Virus record (IMG/VR): IMGVR_UViG_3300031834_000003
From: an uncultured virus (IMG/VR IMGVR_UViG_3300031834_000003)
Lineage: Duplodnaviria > Heunggongvirae > Uroviricota > Caudoviricetes
Length of the DNA stretch: 64,000 bases
Direction: 5' to 3' (one strand)
The notes under the pieces were generated by a model. It saw only the letters and a list, made by a program, of their open reading frames with translations. It was not told the DNA's origin and did no database searches. A program made the position numbers and the translations under genes. This document shows, piece after piece, positions 10,201-19,800 of this stretch; the first letter of the stretch is position 1, and every line of letters starts with the position of its first letter.

Positions 10201-13200
10201 TTATGACCTCGGTAGATGAGGTTAATAGAACTGTTCTTGCTTTGAACGAGAGGGCTGGAGAGATAGTTGCACTTCCATATCATGGTGCATCGGGCGAGAG
10301 AGCGCTAACCCCAGAGCAAAAAGCTGAAGCAGAAGCTCAATTAGGAAGTAGTAGTCCATCTAAGACTATTGTCTCGACAAACATAGCGGGTGAAGGTATT
10401 CACCCTAAAGGTTATCGTTCTATAATTGATACTACTCGTTCTTCTATGCAGCAACTTGAGCAACATGCTGGGCGCCTGACATTACCTGAAGCTGAGGGGG
10501 ATACAACCGAGGGTCATATCACTATGATACAAGACCCAGAGGATTATGCCAAAAATGCAGCTAAGATGGATTTGGCAATCAGTCATTTCAGTGACATTCT
10601 AGACCCTGCTTATGCTGAAATCCGTGGCAAAGCTGTCAGAGGGGAATACTCTCGAAACTGGCAAGTAGCTTATAGCCAGATGGAACAAATAGTTGAAAAC
10701 CATCTTACCGGCTTTAGAAGTCAAGATGCTCCGCGTGGTTTATATAAACATGCAGCAGGTCTTGTAATGAACCTGTTTATGAATGAAGATATGATAGATA
10801 TGGTTCGTATGCAAGACGAAGAGGGTGGAGAAGAATATGTAAACTGGGCTGTAAAAAATCAGCCTGGTCGTCATGCTAAAGACCTTAGACGTAAAAGTAT
10901 TCTTCGTCCGGGTACAACTGTTGATTATGCTGGAACTGAAAGAGAATATAAGTGGTTCGCAGAAAATACAAGTGGTGGGGGTAAACTTCTCGAAAGAATG
11001 GTGGGGGTAAGTCCTGGTGAGGCTTATCGAAGGCACGAGAGTGCTGCTGAGCATGTAATGAATTGGAGGGCTGAGGCTCCTCGATTACCAGGATACGAAG
11101 ACCTATCAGCAACTCTTGATAATGGTGCGAGGATTGAAAATCCTGAGTTTACTGGTCCAGGATTTGCGGAGATTGAGGGTGGACGTGCTGCTCTCTTTAT
11201 GCTGAGAGAACAGATTAATGGTGCATCTGCAATCTCTAAAACTACACAGACTTCACCTGCTGGTGCTCGTGGCGCTGACCGTAGTGCTATTAGTAGTGCT
11301 GACCGTAGTTTGCCTGGGACTGTTGAGGTACAAGAGGATGGTAGACAACCTGAGGTTTTACAAAGACCATCACGTCTTCTAGCAAATCTTCCTGATGCGC
11401 CTGGTACTAGTTTTCCTCCACCAATTGATGTTACAGCAAATACTTATGCAGGTAGTAATGATGAGTTTGCAACAGCTAAACAAGCATTTATAGATGCAAT
11501 GTCGGCTGAGGTAGAACTAATAAAACAGCATACAGGTGCAGTTGGGGACAACCTTAAAGCTACGGTAGACCTAACTAAATTCTCAAAAGACCGCGCAAGG
11601 GATTTAAATAATCCAGCATTACTTATTGAAACTCAAAGGGCTGTACAAGATAAATTTGCTGCGGGTGGACCGGATAAAGATTACTGGGGTGCCATTAGCT
11701 CAGGTGTAATGGAAGCTGGTATAGAATATGGAACCGCTTCTGTTGCGGCTGGTGGTGGTACTTATGGTGGTGGACGTACTCAATTATCAGCGGAACATAA
11801 ACGACTAAAGCAAGCATATCCAAAAGGATATAACTATCTACGAACAGAGGCTTCTCAGGGTGGTCAAGAAGAACTAGATGCTTTTTATGAAACTGACCCT
11901 ACAGAACAAGCAGTAAAGAAAGCAACAAAATTAGCTGAGGCAGAACGTCCTACAAGACCAAAAATAGGCGGGGTGTTATACGGTTTATTCCAAGAGCGTA
12001 GAGTTATTCAAGCTACGTTTGCTCAGGCTGAACAACAAGCACTTCAGTCACCCGATCTGTGGGCGCCAGTTGCTTTTGGTGGTGCAGATGGCAACTATAT
12101 GGCATCCATGTCTGGACAAAGAGCACGTTACGTAGAAGGTCAAACATTCCTATCACAAGCTGCTCAGCAACAAATGGGAGCTTTAGTTGATATTCCCTAT
12201 GCTATGTCCGGTTTCAAATGGGGAGAGAATGTAGCTAGAGCAGGAACTACAGCAGCTATAGGTAGTGCTATTGCCGGTATGGGTATGGCTGCGGCAATGT
12301 CTTTGACCTTCATGGGTCCTGTTGGTGCTGGTGCTGCTCTCCCTGTAGCTGCTACTGGTATAGGATTAGGTGCAGCTGTTGCTATTGGAGGTGGGGTTGC
12401 AGAATGGTTTAACTATAGTCAAAATCTCCAGGGTGAAGATAAATTAACAATTAGTAATATGGCTCGTGCCGTAGCACGTAATTATGATATCAAACAAAAG
12501 TATGGCGAAGTTACTCCAGAGACACAAGCACTATATAAAAAAGACCTTGAAGGATACAAAGAAACTAATCCGCAGTTCTATAATTTCCTCACTGCTACTG
12601 GAGAGAAAACTGAGAAGGAGAAGAAATACGAGGAACTTGCTAACCGTATTATTTCTAAAGGTGGGGGAAACCTTTCACTAGAGCAAGTATCGGCAGGATT
12701 ACCTGATTTTATGAGACTGGTTCCTGATGATAAGAAACTTGAAGAAAGAGCGCTTTCTTTTTACCAAAAAGGTGCTGAGTTAGGTTATGCACCTCAACAG
12801 TGGACTAGCATGGCAGGGCAAATTGCCTCTATGCGTGGGTATCTTCCACAAAGTAAAGAGAGTGCAGCACTTATTGAGCAAGTAAGTGATATGCAACCTG
12901 CCGAATTTGAGCGGTTCCAGGGTGCAGCACAAGTACAATCACAATATACCAGTCAGATAGCTCAGTATACCGGTGGCTATTACAATGCTGCTCAAATTAC
13001 ACAAAGATATAACATCGATGACCCATTCAAAGCTAGACTACTTACTCAGCAATACGAGGCTTGGGGTCAACGAGGATTAGACCTCAAAGCTACTGCATTC
13101 ACTTTACCAGGAACTCCTGATACTTATAGAACTGCTAATGTTTTCAAAGAGGCTGAAGGTGTTTCTACTCAAGCAACACCATTAGCAACTCAACGATATA

Positions 13201-15638
13201 TTCCTTCCTCGCAAGGAAATGTTGTTACTGAACCTGAGATACCACCACAAGATAAGATTTGGTCATTAGCTAAATTCGCTGCTAAGACATTTGGTCCTGC
13301 TGGTTGGGGATTTACCCAAGATGTGCAAGCAGCGAAAAAAGAATTATATAGTTCAGAGAACCCAATACTTAATGCAATATTCTCGAAAGCAGACACTAAA
13401 CCTGGTGGTGTAATTCCAGCGTTAGATAAGGGAGTAGAGACATTTACTACTGGTAGTGTAGAAAGAAATCCTGATTGGCAAAAGGAATTAACAGGATTAG
13501 ATAGATTTACTACCGGTACAATCGAGAAAAATCCCAACTGGCTAAAAGAGTTTCAAGACAAGGCATGGAAATTAGTTGCTCCTCTGTTTGGAGAAAAGAC
13601 AGAAGTACCTCCAGCTAGATTACCACTAATAATGCCTCGTGATTGGATACAGGGCAAGCTTGATTCTGGTGATGTTGTAGGATTTTTGACTGGAGCTACA
13701 ACTGCTAAAGCTGCGGGTCCAGAAGAAGAACGATACGATAAAGGTGAACTTGATAATGTTCCTGTTACTCCTTCTAGAAGTCGTGCTGGTAGTCGCTTTG
13801 AAAGACGAGGTGGTGCTGGTGGACGGGTTGGTCCTGAAGGTTTCTATACCGAGACAATTCCTGGTGAGGAACCTAGAGCTATCAGCTTTGGTGAAGTAAT
13901 TGCGGCTAACAATGCAGCTCTAGCGGAAAAGTATGGAGCACAACAGGCTTATGCTGTATCTGGACTTGCTACAGGACTTGCAACTACTCTTGCTGATACT
14001 GGCAAATCCACTCTTATGGGTGGTATTGCTAATCAAAACATATTCGCAAACTACTTCGCTTCAAAAGGTTATACCGCTCAGCAAGCTGATTTAACTGGAA
14101 AAATTCTGGGTGGTGACTTAGGTGCTGCTAGTTATGCTTCATATAAAGAGCCAGACTTACTAAGAAATATCGGGCAGACCGTTGAGGGTAATCGGGCATA
14201 TAACATGTCCGGGCAACCAATCTATCAGACCTCAATGCAAGACTTTATGAAGTGGGGATTTGCAAATGTTGGAACCAATGCCGCTGCACAGAAATACTTT
14301 GGTGGTGAGGCAGCTCAAGGATGGGAGGCATTCCAAGATACTGCTGCTGGCGTGAAAGCCGATATGATAGGGCAGGCTATGGCAAAAGTTCCCGAGAAGG
14401 GACCAGCTAATGCAATAGCAGGTTGGTCAGCAGGCGCTCTAGCAAAGGGAACTGAACAGTACAACCAATGGTATCAACAAGCCTCGCAAGAACCATTTGC
14501 AGCTGCGTTTACTGGATGGATGGGTTGGGACCAGAAGAAGCTAACATCGGCTCAGCAACAAGCTGTGACCATGTTCCAAGACCCAACGAAGGGTATAGAA
14601 GACCTTAGCAATAAGTTCTATGCTCGTCAGGGAGAAATCAATCTCCAACTACAGGGGATACAACAACAGCAATTCCAGGGACAGGTACAGTACATACAAC
14701 AGATGCGTCCTCTAGAAGACCAGATGCGCCAGATGGGTTATCAATCCCAGATGGCAAACTTCAGCGCTCAACGTGAGCGCATGGAGCTTGGCAATCAGTT
14801 CTCGATAAGACAAGAGGGTATCTCTGGCGAGAGGATGAAAGTCCAGCAGCAGTACCAGTTGTGGTCTGCTAACTTTGAGTACCAGGGTTCTTTACAACAG
14901 CGAGAGTGGACTAAGCAGGATTGGCAGTACCAGGACCAAAGTCGTAACATGCAGTTTGGTTGGGGTATGGAGGATATCAATGAGGGTATCCGTCGCTCCT
15001 CGGGTTATGAGCGGAAACAGCTAATCAAGCAACGTGGTCGAATGGTAACTACTCAGGGGATGGAAGAGGGTCAAATTGAGACCCAGCGTGAGCGTCAAGG
15101 TGAGGTGTGGGCTCGTGAGGATGAGCGTTACCAGAAGCAAACTGAGTACATCAAGAAGTTGATGGGTCTTGACCAGGAACAATTCCAGCTGAATATTGAG
15201 CAGCGTAAAGAATTCTACGAACTCGATATGAAGAACCTCCAGCGGCATATATCTGAGTATCAGAAGTCCTATGAACTCCAGACTAAGATACAACAGATTG
15301 AGCGAGACTATCAGGATAAGAACCTCGAGTATCAACGCCAGCAAATGGAACTTCAAAAAGAGAGCTATGATATGCAGCGTACTCTTGAGGAAGTTACCCG
15401 TAAAGCTAATCAGGCTTTTTCAGGTGTGACTGGCGAGATGGAGATGATAGCGAAGTACGGTGCCAATGTCGTCAATGTTTTGAAAGCACTGGGCGAGGCA
15501 ACCAAAGTTATGGGTAACACTCCACTACCTAATATTAATGCGACTAAAGGCGTGTTTGACTCGATGAATAAGTTGACAGTTCAATTAGCTAATGCTATTC
15601 GAGAAATCATTGAGGCGGCTGCATCAGGAGCGCCATAA
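4254..15638 (+). CDS. Giant tape-measure polyprotein with RNAP-like, NADAR, zincin and SF2 (RecQ-like) helicase domains
   Basis: 3794 aa at the tape-measure position. The C-terminal third has Ala/Gly-rich hydrophobic segments and a Gln-rich coiled coil. Motifs seen: SGGDQDD, YPDAEAAWQALK…KLRQNPQL, HETGH…EEFA, APTGSGKS/DEGH/SAT/QHAGR. Confidence 0.75.
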   Translation: MALSGEELQKRINERYSAKGANPRLPEWQTWFTRPPDVRRPTNMLLSWEDPEAERYPDVMKTFSKWKEETWKLAAPGEQEFNPKTGRYEDTKRTRKADALVELQEKFFQERIAQGGIPIPSGGGFKLITPLDDEGNIIGQQGLEERGLLFNEAVGKLSKRLSRFFQPHVAQGVFNLSRLGDKGFLEFGGQFGEETASEVPTARYDAMGYVAREMVDKVFKNSPTELQEKYAKINRLQVTIQRQNPESKLFEQIKSHVLVLPQSEMPGQALMAFQEGAGKPEFGWDLSKTSKKWKPTDTYLAVDVGYNIHANPDVDIQSFVNIYRKLFTNQQIKGWMDLGYEKRFRSLETGKSEEAIRDMFSDVDTPEQQLSRESFALFEYVKKGGKITDSAEMISFWTDQMLSKQYKQSERRLAIPIPGTFTGEMSDALTSPDPMIRDLKKGQSYVDFERGTIFINRYDYEESYRDRKTTAPEILSGGDQDDQLLGIANKNMEGVLNRRPIGLGEFITTKFTNTLKEFQAHGIYPTDADFSVLESIRNVEDTQFPKDNPGGILPKPEPYPANKIKKGKFSIADWAAFTLHNIYPNMYTLEKVVNVSMAEQLTLGTETEPRPARLSNVIDAQQKDFGTPMDKVREWAREAARNLAKYPLTWMAASRAGIKEYTPPEPGQEGYEFQDIQQYAWELEIRTRNRAAGLMQKASMPLEVVKQANPEGNLGRLLTGRWQDAFEKGREGKDYTAANVAAIAALDELKPEEQDQAILQAMTSDWSAESGSNAPVAGRKRWLWSKDMMPRTMGALGRAGYLTQGSSSTKERPALERPTEMINVVAQNAEKYDLANIPAERARAWLLGSTIRFEQSEKGQQIYDEKGHHISDVSSVMAGGTKDLVSGRVSKVSFYENQLVLGLTNPRYNDRFRDPAYEKLTPEELAQTMEDVDVVAGMALDGQYDVSQLPVAYQRAVAKRMEDIANPPALEERPQEPPGHLKMSQFGYDESEFKSASMPVEKERILQQGAIATWNREFSGKSYYKEMADEATGELEPRGRAWWNKVRTTKETAETRVGSAAGLSRYATEDPNVFRIPLPNPVVNKAIKGGLEWLPSKTNYAEVNLATGKADLAGINISSGSDDPFAAALTNPTELAFKKGKIKGHYPVTMGEVTYPDAEAAWQALKPPLTEPSEKRTGVMTDILEQKLRQNPQLEAEITNRGGVPFLERSSHLLKGKNWWEGRGTESPFISSLVAGYKRLRAEAPSYHEVSSYQRGDATPVEGHGRFRAEAPGENPRAIGILNTLFGGKEVNRIAFYDPVANMGAVNEEFRFPKMKSKDDVWAASGASVKAAVRHETGHAIYRNIDQGQEMNWHLAVVDRFNESKKSGKNMSEGFITPFEYYDIPEDIGGPANKEFETLKSEEFAHQYSLNKGHPHLQKRMYPNFYEYFEGADIRETVHEVLKKPPKMWGVSSTGIRRLKAEAPQGSNYDVRVSMPFALQNIPEGWSQARQPGHPELTSPNQYMAPRSSVTRQAAVRAGMDLFEGIVDPDTGKVREGALRHQDNNPLIKFALEFFGGGKSKQAELNQWVDTLDVENRKWLDATIAPFYAEQSMLAAEGQIGQSYWSQLHKKWSAKLGLPAHRQDYNTVSGSYNDVMRRRAAGQPPQQPPPPPPVDFPASEEGPGGESYGGEQSFGEEEGEVPQEPEFGPPIDTTPVEEPPEVEDFRVRGRYPISFGKKAKPTEAMLATMNAGRSFLLSAPTGSGKSPFFQYVAALSDKFFMLLSPKRIISEMHQDDFRQLAQIPGFVAFRGDPGALDPDPNVMDPEKYASEREAYSTQRNDVISTLLGGRRTTTGWQFDTTLPGPKVVGRSYEGGAGPKGMLGEAIAAYAEKGQFGGIMIDEGHNIMDPSRPMIRAAIDFYRQIAPNTQVAIVSATMTKWQANNLAEWAGIDSEDMFQIAKEKDPRKKGKLYSIPGIRFENKGKDMDKLIGDAVEEYGHSMVFMTSVDEVNRTVLALNERAGEIVALPYHGASGERALTPEQKAEAEAQLGSSSPSKTIVSTNIAGEGIHPKGYRSIIDTTRSSMQQLEQHAGRLTLPEAEGDTTEGHITMIQDPEDYAKNAAKMDLAISHFSDILDPAYAEIRGKAVRGEYSRNWQVAYSQMEQIVENHLTGFRSQDAPRGLYKHAAGLVMNLFMNEDMIDMVRMQDEEGGEEYVNWAVKNQPGRHAKDLRRKSILRPGTTVDYAGTEREYKWFAENTSGGGKLLERMVGVSPGEAYRRHESAAEHVMNWRAEAPRLPGYEDLSATLDNGARIENPEFTGPGFAEIEGGRAALFMLREQINGASAISKTTQTSPAGARGADRSAISSADRSLPGTVEVQEDGRQPEVLQRPSRLLANLPDAPGTSFPPPIDVTANTYAGSNDEFATAKQAFIDAMSAEVELIKQHTGAVGDNLKATVDLTKFSKDRARDLNNPALLIETQRAVQDKFAAGGPDKDYWGAISSGVMEAGIEYGTASVAAGGGTYGGGRTQLSAEHKRLKQAYPKGYNYLRTEASQGGQEELDAFYETDPTEQAVKKATKLAEAERPTRPKIGGVLYGLFQERRVIQATFAQAEQQALQSPDLWAPVAFGGADGNYMASMSGQRARYVEGQTFLSQAAQQQMGALVDIPYAMSGFKWGENVARAGTTAAIGSAIAGMGMAAAMSLTFMGPVGAGAALPVAATGIGLGAAVAIGGGVAEWFNYSQNLQGEDKLTISNMARAVARNYDIKQKYGEVTPETQALYKKDLEGYKETNPQFYNFLTATGEKTEKEKKYEELANRIISKGGGNLSLEQVSAGLPDFMRLVPDDKKLEERALSFYQKGAELGYAPQQWTSMAGQIASMRGYLPQSKESAALIEQVSDMQPAEFERFQGAAQVQSQYTSQIAQYTGGYYNAAQITQRYNIDDPFKARLLTQQYEAWGQRGLDLKATAFTLPGTPDTYRTANVFKEAEGVSTQATPLATQRYIPSSQGNVVTEPEIPPQDKIWSLAKFAAKTFGPAGWGFTQDVQAAKKELYSSENPILNAIFSKADTKPGGVIPALDKGVETFTTGSVERNPDWQKELTGLDRFTTGTIEKNPNWLKEFQDKAWKLVAPLFGEKTEVPPARLPLIMPRDWIQGKLDSGDVVGFLTGATTAKAAGPEEERYDKGELDNVPVTPSRSRAGSRFERRGGAGGRVGPEGFYTETIPGEEPRAISFGEVIAANNAALAEKYGAQQAYAVSGLATGLATTLADTGKSTLMGGIANQNIFANYFASKGYTAQQADLTGKILGGDLGAASYASYKEPDLLRNIGQTVEGNRAYNMSGQPIYQTSMQDFMKWGFANVGTNAAAQKYFGGEAAQGWEAFQDTAAGVKADMIGQAMAKVPEKGPANAIAGWSAGALAKGTEQYNQWYQQASQEPFAAAFTGWMGWDQKKLTSAQQQAVTMFQDPTKGIEDLSNKFYARQGEINLQLQGIQQQQFQGQVQYIQQMRPLEDQMRQMGYQSQMANFSAQRERMELGNQFSIRQEGISGERMKVQQQYQLWSANFEYQGSLQQREWTKQDWQYQDQSRNMQFGWGMEDINEGIRRSSGYERKQLIKQRGRMVTTQGMEEGQIETQRERQGEVWAREDERYQKQTEYIKKLMGLDQEQFQLNIEQRKEFYELDMKNLQRHISEYQKSYELQTKIQQIERDYQDKNLEYQRQQMELQKESYDMQRTLEEVTRKANQAFSGVTGEMEMIAKYGANVVNVLKALGEATKVMGNTPLPNINATKGVFDSMNKLTVQLANAIREIIEAAASGAP

Positions 15639-15640
15639 AA

Positions 15641-15670
15641 GCAAGAGACCCTCTTGCGAGGGTCTCTGTT
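15641..15670. terminator. Bidirectional terminator hairpin
   Basis: AGAGACCCTC-TTGC-GAGGGTCTCT between convergent genes. Confidence 0.6.
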
Positions 15671-15695
15671 ACTCCTTATCCACATGGGACATGAG

Positions 15696-15899
15696 CTACT
15701 TATGCATATTCAGCCAACCACCTGCTCCCATCACCCTCTTTTCTTCAGGCGTCCGTGTATCAGCGGGAAGGTCCTCTGGATGGAACAGATTGTAGCTTTC
15801 AGAAATGAGTATCGCCCACAGCAAACAAAGCCAGAATGGTGACGTCCATATTAGAACTGCAATAATCATGACTATTAAGAATGTTGAATTATCGTCCAT
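15696..15899 (-). CDS. Small membrane protein (moron-like, opposite strand)
   Basis: GGAGAGAG RBS before ATG at 15899; hydrophobic N-terminal half. Confidence 0.5.
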   Translation of the reverse strand: MDDNSTFLIVMIIAVLIWTSPFWLCLLWAILISESYNLFHPEDLPADTRTPEEKRVMGAGGWLNMHK

Positions 15900-16046
15900 T
15901 TCTCTCTCCATTTTTCTTGCACAAGAATTATTTGTGCTGGAACTATTATACTACCGGTGATATAATCTGATGACCAACACATGTTTACATGCGATGGGAA
16001 AACCCAAGAGCAAAACTCTTGGGCTTTCATTTTATAAGGGATACTC

Positions 16047-16832
16047 ATGAACAACTATATTACTCTCGATGGTTTCAAGTATGTTACTCCTTTCGGAAAG
16101 TGGACGCCAGTCATGGACAAACCGGCGACTGCTCGGATTGACCTACTTGGTGGCCTCGATGTAACTTATGGTCCAGCCACATGGCAACGCTGGCAGGGGA
16201 TGATAGAGGTAGCAGCTAATCCAACAACAGGATACGGCTCACCTTATGAACTAAGAGCAACCCTCGCTAAGCGCACTGCGGTAACTTTTGTAGACCATTA
16301 CGGGGAAACTTACAATGTACATCTGTTAGGTCCATTCCCAGAAATGTCTTTTACTCCAGTGTGGGATGGCAATAGCAATGTCATCTTCTTCCAACTTACT
16401 GTAGTTGGTATCTGGGTTCCTATTCCAAGTTCATCTATTAGTCCTTCAGTAAGTAAATCAATAAGTCCTTCTGGGAGTAGTAGTCCTTCTAGTAGCAATA
16501 GTGCATCTATTAGTCCTTCTACGAGTATAAGTGAAAGTTCTTCGGAAAGTCCATCATTATCATTATCTGCACCTTCTTGTTATCTTTTGACACTTGGACA
16601 TACTGGAAATGGAGCAGACCCAACACCTGATATAGGTAGTTCGGATGGATGTTCTGAAGGATATTATGTAGAAGGTGAGTATATTGCTTTAGTTGATGCT
16701 ACTCCCGATAGTGGATGGGAAGTTGGTAGCTGGACTGGTTCTGATAATGATTTACATAATGGCGAGGCAAATGCTTTGACTATGCCTGCGGAAGCACATG
16801 AAGTTCTTGTAAATTATATAGAGACTCCTTAA
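16047..16832 (+). CDS. Distal tail-like protein with Ser/Pro linker and C-terminal Ig-like (InlB B-repeat-like) domain
   Basis: First + strand gene after the tape measure. Has an SPS tract and a 'YLLTL…G.Y..GE.I.L..ATPDSGW..GSWTG' repeat-domain signature. Confidence 0.55.
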   Translation: MNNYITLDGFKYVTPFGKWTPVMDKPATARIDLLGGLDVTYGPATWQRWQGMIEVAANPTTGYGSPYELRATLAKRTAVTFVDHYGETYNVHLLGPFPEMSFTPVWDGNSNVIFFQLTVVGIWVPIPSSSISPSVSKSISPSGSSSPSSSNSASISPSTSISESSSESPSLSLSAPSCYLLTLGHTGNGADPTPDIGSSDGCSEGYYVEGEYIALVDATPDSGWEVGSWTGSDNDLHNGEANALTMPAEAHEVLVNYIETP

Positions 16833-19800
16833 TGAGACCTATTTCATTTACTCCATCCAGTGTAAGAACAGTTAGTGCTAAGGCGAGGTATACAACACCT
16901 CTCCCTAGCTGGACTGCACTTACTCATAACGATACTCTAGCTCAGGCTATAAATTCCTACGATGCTGATAATGATGGAGATATCATTACTCGTGTCGCTA
17001 ATGTTGGTGCTCAGCTATTAGCCTCGCAGTACCTTGATGTTAGCAATCTAGAGGGTCCTTTTAATCCTTGGGTTGTATCCGAAATTACACTAAAGTCGGG
17101 CTCGAGACCTGGCATACGAAACCTTACTACCTATTACCAAAAAGCTAATGGTGAGGTTTGGATAGGTTATGTAGCGGCTGAAGGATTTACAGAGAACACT
17201 AAAGTATATGAAGATACTGTACATGCTCTTGCAATAGCGCCAGTATCTGAAACAATCTTCTATGCTGAGTATCTTGATAGTACTCATGTCAAACGTATCT
17301 TTCGATATGATACTGGTACAAATACCAAATGGGAATGGAGTGGTGCTATCCATGGCAATGCATTAGAGATAGGTGGGATTGATGTCGAGACTTGGTACAG
17401 AAAATATGGAGATGGAAAAACAGTCGAGTATATTTACTTTACCGAGGAGAGTGGTAATCGAGCAATGTATTTGACCTTTATCCTCAGCGCAACTGGGGTA
17501 TGGAGTGACCCTAAGTATGTGTTTCCACTCGATGTTCTAGATGACACCTCGTACTATAAGCTTGGATTGGTCTCAAATATCAATGACCTCAATCTTATCC
17601 TTACCACTAAGACCAAACGTAAGAATGGGGATGCTCTTCGCACTTACCACATAGGACCTTTACAGTGGTCAACTGGGCGAGAGATGATACTGAATATCGA
17701 TAACTCAACCAATAACAATCCTGCCAAGGTATTCCTATCTGGAAGCAAACTCTTCTATCTATACTATGGAGGCTGGTACTGGTCTGAGTATGCTGAATAC
17801 TTTGGAGGGTCAGCTGGTTATCCATATTATGATAACTGGACTGCTATAAGTCAAATCATCTCAGCGAAGTATTCATCCTCGGGACCAGTTGCTCAATTAG
17901 ACCAACTTGAATTACCCTACTCGATTGCTGGACTACATTCTAATCAGACCCTCGAGCTTACAGTCACAATCAATGGAACCGATTATGTAATTGGAACCTA
18001 CGATATCGATATGGTTGGGAAGTCTGAGCATGGAGCAGGTAAAAATCAAGAGATTGTAGGACGCTCTAATGCCAGTAAGAGACTAACTCAATGGCAGGCA
18101 GACACCTCGTATGATTTCTGGTCTCAAACAAAACAGAACTCTGGACCTGAAGACCGAGGAGAATTTGTAATTATCTCTGGGCAATATATCTTTGAGGATA
18201 ATAAGATTTGCACTGATATCTATGACCTAGATACATGCACTTATCCAGGCGCCAGAATGTATCCTACTAAGCTCAATGTACCTGGTTATGTAAAGATGGT
18301 TTCTAAAGCATGTCGTGATGGTAGTATGCGAGCAAAGTTCAATAGACTTTCAGGAACCTATCACGCTAAGTATGGAGTTGGACTTCATTTCTATCAGTTG
18401 AATGTGGTTGAGATTGCAGACTATTTAGTAAAGGATGTAACCGATGTCACGAAAGCTGAAGCTGAAGAAATCAAAGCAAACGGCATTGTTGCGGTCTACA
18501 GTGATACGGAATTCGCAGGTGCGCCGGGGGTCGGTCTCTATAAAATACGGAATGGGGTGATGACCCAGCTTAGCAGTGCCTCATTAGTCATTGGGGATAA
18601 TGAGGTTCACTGGCTGATGATTACCTCACATAGTGGATACTTCAATGTCTACTATCGTAAGGATGCAGATGTAGCCTGGACTACTGCACTTACTTATACT
18701 TATCTGGATGATGATGGTTTATGGATTTCTGGGGTTATAGCGGATAAGGTCGGGCAAGGCTTTCTGTATCTAGAGAATTACACACCTCATCAGGATTGCT
18801 ATCCATTTCAAAGTGATACTGATTACATTCCTCTCAAAGGTAGTCATAGTGAATTCCCTGCATCTGGAGATGTAATAGTTGAAGATGAGAGAATAGGCTA
18901 TTCATCTAAGTCCTCGAATGTTACTAAGTACGGTCCTTATGTATATGGTGGTATTACTACTATAGAGGAGAACACAGATATAGATGGTGGGTGGTTACCT
19001 TTTGCAAATTATCGTGATACTGTTGCTGTACGTCAACAAATCACTGCTGGAAATTTCTATGTGCGTAGAATAAAGGTTTATGTAGAAAAGAATAATATTC
19101 CATATGATGGATTACAAGTCTGTGTATATACTACGCCAGTAAATAAGAAGACTCCAGCCGGTAAAATGGTTGCATCTGTAACAATTCCTATAACAGACTT
19201 TCCTGTAACAGATACTTTCTATTGGGTTACTGCGGATTTTCCAGAGCATACATTATTTAGAAATGGTGATTGGATAATGCTGTATAGGGAAGAAAATCCA
19301 ACTCATCCAAGAAATACCGAGTACTACACAACAATGGAAAATGATGGCTACACTATACCATGTGAGCTATTTGATGAGGATACAGACCAGTGGTCTCAAT
19401 GGTCTGGTGGTTGTATACCATTCAAAATTTATGGTACTCCAGTTTCTGCTGGTGATTACTATGGGGTTCAAATTACTGGTGGACCCAATGTTTCAAACTT
19501 AGTTAATTCTGCATTGGTAGTAGTGGATGGTACAGGAAAAAACTATTCATGGAAGATAGTAGGTTATACCTATGGTTCTCCTGCGTCTACAGTATACATA
19601 TCAGAAGACCCCGAGGATATTTTAGGCGCTGATAGTTACCTCGCAATAGCACCAACTTTATTGGGTCTAACTAGAGGTGAGAACTATGCTGGGTTAGCCA
19701 GACAAATAGAAACTGCCACGATTACTGGAACTATTACCACCTCGGGTAATGCAATCATTTCAGTAAGAGCAATGGGGATGGATGGAAATCCAAAAGAGGT

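Noticed and set aside
13430..13555. Short tandem duplication (FTTGSVERNPDW / FTTGTIEKNPNW) in the polyprotein
   Set aside because: Real, but two-copy Trp-spaced repeats are ordinary in tape measure proteins.
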